Shown here: positions 15,150 through 19,366 of the stretch, piece after piece
Layout of the letters: each line of letters starts with the position of its first letter
Numbering within the stretch: the stretch's first letter is position 1
Origin: Candidatus Micrarchaeota archaeon
GTDB taxonomy: Archaea > Micrarchaeota > Micrarchaeia > Micrarchaeales > CABMGC01
Length of the DNA stretch: 19,366 nucleotides
Direction of reading: 5' to 3'
Assembly: GCA_027319905.1 (NCBI GenBank)
Contig: DAHVMJ010000015.1
Location: forward strand, 1-19,366
Notes under the pieces: generated by a model
The model's input: the letters and a program-made list of their open reading frames with translations, nothing else
Databases searched by the model: none
What the model was told of the DNA's origin: nothing
Translations under genes and position numbers: made by a program

Positions 15150-15174
15150 GCCAATATTATGAACCAACCTCTTT

Positions 15175-16071
15175 TTAAGCATCTCCCATGACCCGCCCGA
15201 AGGCGAATATACGCGGCGACGCCTTCCTGATCAGCAGCACACCGTCTCCGCGTTCAGCCGGGAAGGGGCTCTTGAGCTCAAGCTCCAGCGCCTGTCCGCT
15301 TGCGTTCTTCACCACGCACTCGCTGTACGAGAAGTTGCTTGCCACTCCGTAGCTTTTTCCCTTCTCTATGCTCTCCCGGGCCACAGGGCTCGCCCTGTAC
15401 TCTATGCTCAGCGTGTTCTTCTTTGCCACAGGTTTTGATGTCAGCAGGTCTCCTTTCTCTATCTCTTTGTCTCCTATGTCCTTCAGCGATAGGCCCACCC
15501 TAGTTCCCGCTCCCGCGCTCTCTATATCCTCGTCCTGGCTCTGTATCGACCTCACCGTGACCTCTTTCCCAGAGGTGTGAAAGAGCCTGTCGTGCTGCCT
15601 GACAGTGCCCCTGGTCACCACGCCGAGCACAACCGTGCCGATGCCCTTCACCGGGAATGCCTTGTCTATGTCCACCCTGACCTCGCCTTCGTTTTGCACC
15701 GCGCCTTCGTGCAGCCTGTCAAGCAATTCGGCGCTCGACACAACAGCGTAGTCGCCGAGCCCCGTGCCTTTGGCCAAAGACGTGGCGTCATTATCATCGG
15801 TAAGCAGCACCCGCTTCCCAAGCAGGGAGCATGCGACCAGCGCCTCTCCGAACCTTCTGTCCAGGTTCGCGGTGCTCAACACAACGCTAGATGCAACGAG
15901 GAGAGATTCGGCAAGGGCATAGAACTTGTCTTCATCAGGACTGGGGAAGAGCGCAACGATCACATCTTCTCCCATCTTCCTGTTGTAAAATGCTATGCTG
16001 TTCTCCGAACTCTTCTTCCCCATGAACGAGGCCAGCTTCTCGTCCACCGGCACAGCAACAACTATGTTCAT
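15175..16071 (-). CDS. SelB-like (aSelBL) EF-Tu domain II/III protein with degenerate G domain
   Basis: VDIDKAFPVKGIGTVVLGVVTRG...VRSIQSQDEDIESAGAGTRVGLSLK...IEKGDLL (EF-Tu domain II); N-terminal MGKKSSENSIAFYN with no intact P-loop. Confidence 0.85.
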   Translation of the reverse strand: MNIVVAVPVDEKLASFMGKKSSENSIAFYNRKMGEDVIVALFPSPDEDKFYALAESLLVASSVVLSTANLDRRFGEALVACSLLGKRVLLTDDNDATSLAKGTGLGDYAVVSSAELLDRLHEGAVQNEGEVRVDIDKAFPVKGIGTVVLGVVTRGTVRQHDRLFHTSGKEVTVRSIQSQDEDIESAGAGTRVGLSLKDIGDKEIEKGDLLTSKPVAKKNTLSIEYRASPVARESIEKGKSYGVASNFSYSECVVKNASGQALELELKSPFPAERGDGVLLIRKASPRIFAFGRVMGDA

Positions 16072-16093
16072 GCTTCATTTTGCTGTGCTAAAG

Positions 16094-16519
16094 CTAAAGA
16101 AGAAGACGCTTTTCCAGTTCCGCAGCCTCCCCTTCGTGGCCGAGAACCCTGAGGAAATGCAGGCACGCTGCGGATGACTCGTCGTCAAGCGCGCGGATGC
16201 CCACGTACTCGATCAGCAGCTTCAGGTGGAAGCCTGTGGCACCGAAGCCATCAGGTATCTCGTCATCGGTTCCCAGGCGCACGAACCCCGAGAGTGCATC
16301 CATGGCGACTCGCTGGATCAAGTGCCTCAGGCCGTCGTCTGCAGTCCTGAAAACGGCTTTGCAGGTTTCCTCATATAGCCGAGTGGCCTCGGCAGCGTGC
16401 ATTGTTTCAGAGCCCGCGGCGCGTCTCATCATCGAGAGGTTCCCGTTCAGCTCATTGCCGTAGTAAGCAGATGTCGACCCGAGTCCTGTGCGTTTGCCGC
16501 CCTTCTCCAAAACAGCCAT
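16094..16519 (-). CDS. Hypothetical protein
   Basis: Open frame that fills the gap between the divergent MBL gene and the SelB-like gene; no recognisable motif. Start is 16519 or 16537. Confidence 0.6.
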   Translation of the reverse strand: MAVLEKGGKRTGLGSTSAYYGNELNGNLSMMRRAAGSETMHAAEATRLYEETCKAVFRTADDGLRHLIQRVAMDALSGFVRLGTDDEIPDGFGATGFHLKLLIEYVGIRALDDESSAACLHFLRVLGHEGEAAELEKRLLL

Positions 16520-16608
16520 TCTCTCAAACAGAAGCAATGCAATGAAACGCTTTAATCGCTTTTGTTCTTTCCGGTTTGCTTAAATATCTAGTCAGCCATA
16601 TCAGAAGC

Positions 16609-17259
16609 ATGGACGTCAGCTTCCTTAAGTGGATAGAACACGCAGGATTCCTGCTGGAAATAAACGGGAAGAAGGTGTACATAGACCCCTTCAGGATACG
16701 CGGAGAGCTGCCCAAGGCTGACATAATATTCATAACGCACACGCACTTCGACCATCTCAATGAGGAGGCGGTGGGTAAGATAGCAACGAGCAAGACGCAG
16801 TTCGTGGCGCCGAAGGAAACGGCGAGCAAGCTCGCGGGGAAAAAGGTGCTTGTCGTCGAGCCGGGCGGGGAGTATGAGGTGGATGGAATAAGGTTCAGCA
16901 CAGTGCCAGCGTACAACGTAAGCAAGGAGTTCCATCCGAAGGCGAACGGATGGGTCGGCTACGTGATAGACGTGAACGGCACCAAGATATACCATCCCGG
17001 AGACACGGATGCGACTGAGGAGATGAAGACCGTCAAGGCAGATATCTTCATGATGCCGATAGGCGGGCACTACACCATGGACCTGCAGGACGCGATAAAG
17101 ATAGCCAGCGCGGTGCGCGCGCAGGCTTTCGTGCCAATGCACTACCGCACGCTTCTCGGCGAGGAAGGGGCGAGAAAGGCGGAGGAGGAGTTCAGGAAGA
17201 AGGTGAAGAACGCGCTCATTCTCGATCAGATTCAGGAACCGTACTACTCATTCCAGTAG
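16609..17259 (+). CDS. MBL-fold metallo-hydrolase (UlaG/UPF0173-like)
   Basis: VYIDPF, IFITHTHFDH (HxHxDH), VPAYN..FHP, IYHPGDT, PIGGHYTM, VPMHY; ATG at 16609. Confidence 0.92.
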   Translation: MDVSFLKWIEHAGFLLEINGKKVYIDPFRIRGELPKADIIFITHTHFDHLNEEAVGKIATSKTQFVAPKETASKLAGKKVLVVEPGGEYEVDGIRFSTVPAYNVSKEFHPKANGWVGYVIDVNGTKIYHPGDTDATEEMKTVKADIFMMPIGGHYTMDLQDAIKIASAVRAQAFVPMHYRTLLGEEGARKAEEEFRKKVKNALILDQIQEPYYSFQ

Positions 17260-18034
17260 ACACCTGCTTGGCTATTGCAGCTATTCTCTCAGGATCCAGT
17301 TTGAAGAGCCTGCTCTCTCCGTCCTGCAGCCCGTCGGCTATCTTGCGCGCACGCACGTTGTCGGTGCCGAGTGCAGAGGCGGAGTCGATGATCGCATTTC
17401 TCACCGTCTTCTTCTTGTGCTGCATAATGGCCTCTATCACGGCCCTCTCAGTCGCGTCTATGCCCGTTCCACGCGGTTTTACGTATACCACCACCGAGTC
17501 GACTCTGGGTATGGGCCGGAAGCTTCCGCGCGACACGTCTACGAGTTTTGTGTGGCTGAAGCCGAGCTGGAACATCACGCTGAGCCGAGAGTAGCTGCGC
17601 GTGCCGGGCTTCGCCATCATGTGCTGCACGAACTCCTTCTGCAGACAGAGCACCGCCTGAAGCCTGTGCTCCAGGAGGAAATCTATCACCCGGCTTGAGA
17701 GCCTGTATGGCACGTTTGCTATCATTATGTCCGTATCCTCAAGTCCGAGTTCGCTATCGCTCATCTCAAAAAAGTCTCCGTTCATCAACTGCAGGTTCTT
17801 CTCCTTCATCCCGCCCTTAAGCGCCCTGAAGAGGTTCTTGTCGAGCTCCACGGCAACAACGCGCTTAGCGTGTCTGCACAGCTCTCTTGTCAGCACCCCG
17901 TATCCGGAGCCGAGCTCCAGCACGCGCTTGCCCCTCGCATGCTCCGCCTCAACCTCAGCCACAGACCTGTTCACCAGGAAGTGCTGTCCCATGGCCTTGA
18001 TCGGCTTCAGATATATCTGCGTGCGCTCCAGCAA
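17216..18034 (-). CDS. rsmA: 16S rRNA (adenine-N6)-dimethyltransferase RsmA/KsgA
   Basis: MGQHFLVN, VLELGSGYGVLT, AVELD, IANVPYRLSS, LQKEF, YSRLSV, SFRPIPRVDSVVV; TTG start following AGGTGA. Confidence 0.95.
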   Translation of the reverse strand: MLERTQIYLKPIKAMGQHFLVNRSVAEVEAEHARGKRVLELGSGYGVLTRELCRHAKRVVAVELDKNLFRALKGGMKEKNLQLMNGDFFEMSDSELGLEDTDIMIANVPYRLSSRVIDFLLEHRLQAVLCLQKEFVQHMMAKPGTRSYSRLSVMFQLGFSHTKLVDVSRGSFRPIPRVDSVVVYVKPRGTGIDATERAVIEAIMQHKKKTVRNAIIDSASALGTDNVRARKIADGLQDGESRLFKLDPERIAAIAKQVSTGMSSTVPESDRE

Positions 18035-18113
18035 AGGCTCACCTTCCCTTATGAGCTGTTATGGGCGAGATAAGGATAAAAATACCTTACGCGCATGTAA
18101 GACAAGTGCTTGC

Positions 18114-19190
18114 ATGCGCCTGCAGTCGTCGGTAGAGTTCCTCACCACCTACAGCTTTCTCTTCATAATACTGGGAGTGGTGATGGCCGTCCTGATCTTC
18201 GTGGTCTCCGCGCCAGCGTCCACGATACCTTCGCAGTGCAGCTCGTTCGGAGGGCCAAACTGCAACTACATACAGGTCTACACGAACGAGACCTACGGCT
18301 ACTCGCTCATCACCTTCAGTATCGTCAACTCGCAACCGTCTCCGATAAACGTGACAAACACAATAGTCACGGTAAAGAACAGCAACTATGTCGGTGCCTG
18401 CACTCCCTCTTTCCTCGACCCCGGCGAATACTCAACCTGCTCGGTTGAGTTCAACACGTTTTCGCCCACCACGCAGCTGATGCAGGGCTTCTATCAGTTA
18501 AATGCACAGTTCTGCAACTCGGGCGTCTCCTCTCTTTCCCAGACTCAATGCAACTACGAACTCGTCCAGTACAGCGGCTCATTCGTTACTATGCCCTCCA
18601 GGTTCAAGAGCATAGTATTCAGCGTTGCGGCGCTTCAGAGCCCTGGCAACCTTCAGCTGCTGCCCTTCACCTCAATCTCAGCGTATCCCATCCAGCCGAG
18701 CAACTTCACTCTTATGCAGAACGGCGGTTGGTCCGCAAACATAACGAGCGGCACGCTCGCGTACGCGTTCGCAGGACAGGGGGCCATGCTCGGCAACTCA
18801 TATCTGGGCTACAAGACGCTGCCCTACCCAACGTCCCTGTCCATGCTCAGCAATCCAAACATCGCGTGCGTAGCACCATACAATTCAGTTCTCTCCATAG
18901 CCTCGACAACCCTCTACGTCAGCGCGGCTGCAAGCGCTCCCCTGACCGTGGAGACAGGCGGAGGAATCGAGTTCTTCTACAAGGTCGCGCAGCCAGGCAC
19001 TGCCTGGATCAGCGTTCCGGGTTCAGCAGGGTGGGGCGCGGCTCAGCTATCAAGCAATCAGGTAGCCACGCCATTTCCAGCCAACACGCTCACGCTCAGT
19101 AAGGGGCTATACAACATGGAGGTGTGGTGGACCAACCCGTGCGGTTCTGGCGGAGGCCAGGTGTTCACGCTGGGCAGCCTGCCGAGCTAG
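18114..19190 (+). CDS. Class III signal peptide (pilin-like) surface protein with possible C-terminal PA14-like domain
   Basis: MRLQSSVEFLTTYSFLFIILGVVMAVL (Q-x-x-x-E plus hydrophobic helix), Cys pairs, C-terminal LTLSKGLYNMEVWWTN..GSGG. Start is 18114, not 17727. Confidence 0.8.
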   Translation: MRLQSSVEFLTTYSFLFIILGVVMAVLIFVVSAPASTIPSQCSSFGGPNCNYIQVYTNETYGYSLITFSIVNSQPSPINVTNTIVTVKNSNYVGACTPSFLDPGEYSTCSVEFNTFSPTTQLMQGFYQLNAQFCNSGVSSLSQTQCNYELVQYSGSFVTMPSRFKSIVFSVAALQSPGNLQLLPFTSISAYPIQPSNFTLMQNGGWSANITSGTLAYAFAGQGAMLGNSYLGYKTLPYPTSLSMLSNPNIACVAPYNSVLSIASTTLYVSAAASAPLTVETGGGIEFFYKVAQPGTAWISVPGSAGWGAAQLSSNQVATPFPANTLTLSKGLYNMEVWWTNPCGSGGGQVFTLGSLPS

Positions 19191-19250
19191 CGAGAGCGCT
19201 CTGTTCCTCAGAAAGTTTTTATTCGTTTGATGCGAGGTGCTAGAGAGCGC

Positions 19251-19366
19251 ATGAGGAAGCAGCAGGCCCTCAGGTCACAGTCTGCGATGGAGTACCTGAT
19301 GACCTACGGGTGGGCGATACTCATCATAGCCGTGGTCCTGGGAGCGTTATTTCAACTTGGGGTCTT
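19251..19366 (+). CDS. Class III signal peptide (pilin-like) protein, N-terminus only (runs off the window)
   Basis: Translated by hand: MRKQQALRSQSAMEYLMTYGWAILIIAVVLGALFQLGV; GAGGTG upstream. Confidence 0.85.
   Translation, partial: MRKQQALRSQSAMEYLMTYGWAILIIAVVLGALFQLGV

Noticed and set aside
17216..17259. 44-bp convergent overlap of rsmA and the MBL hydrolase gene
   Set aside because: Short 3' overlaps are ordinary in compact archaeal genomes.
17727..18113. 487-aa version of the pilin-like ORF
   Set aside because: The extension is antisense to rsmA, and the class III signal must be N-terminal (ATG 18114).

Overview
Archaeal chromosomal segment. A DPANN/Micrarchaeota-like origin is inferred from the class III signal 'SQSAMEYLMTYGWAILII' proteins, the archaeal-type GluRS and ProRS, the PIN-rpoE1-spt4 cluster and the CCA-less tRNAs. 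It is mostly housekeeping: gltX, FKBP PPIase, spt4, rpoE1, PIN, PAP2, IscU-like, ASCH, AlaX, tRNA-Gln, EamA, TauE plus DUF1634, proS, Trbp/CsaA, HAD, intron-containing tRNA-Trp, tdk, msrA, SelB-like, MBL hydrolase, rsmA, and the start of a pilin-like cluster. The most striking structure is an AT-rich island (11232-12497) directly behind tRNA-Trp. It consists of two single-gene units, a nucleotidyltransferase and a cysteine hydrolase. Each unit ends in the same ~52-bp module: a conserved TAA.TTATTTAAG..CCCAATT motif starting at the stop codon, followed by a copy of the tRNA-Trp 3' end. This looks like an integrase-less, tRNA-anchored gene-cassette array. Also notable are an unannotated box C/D-type RNA (7190-7252) whose two guide regions pair with each other, an anticodon-antisense segment in the tRNA-Trp intron, and a probable CTG start codon for rpoE1. 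All protein calls come from motif recognition by eye; no database searches were run.
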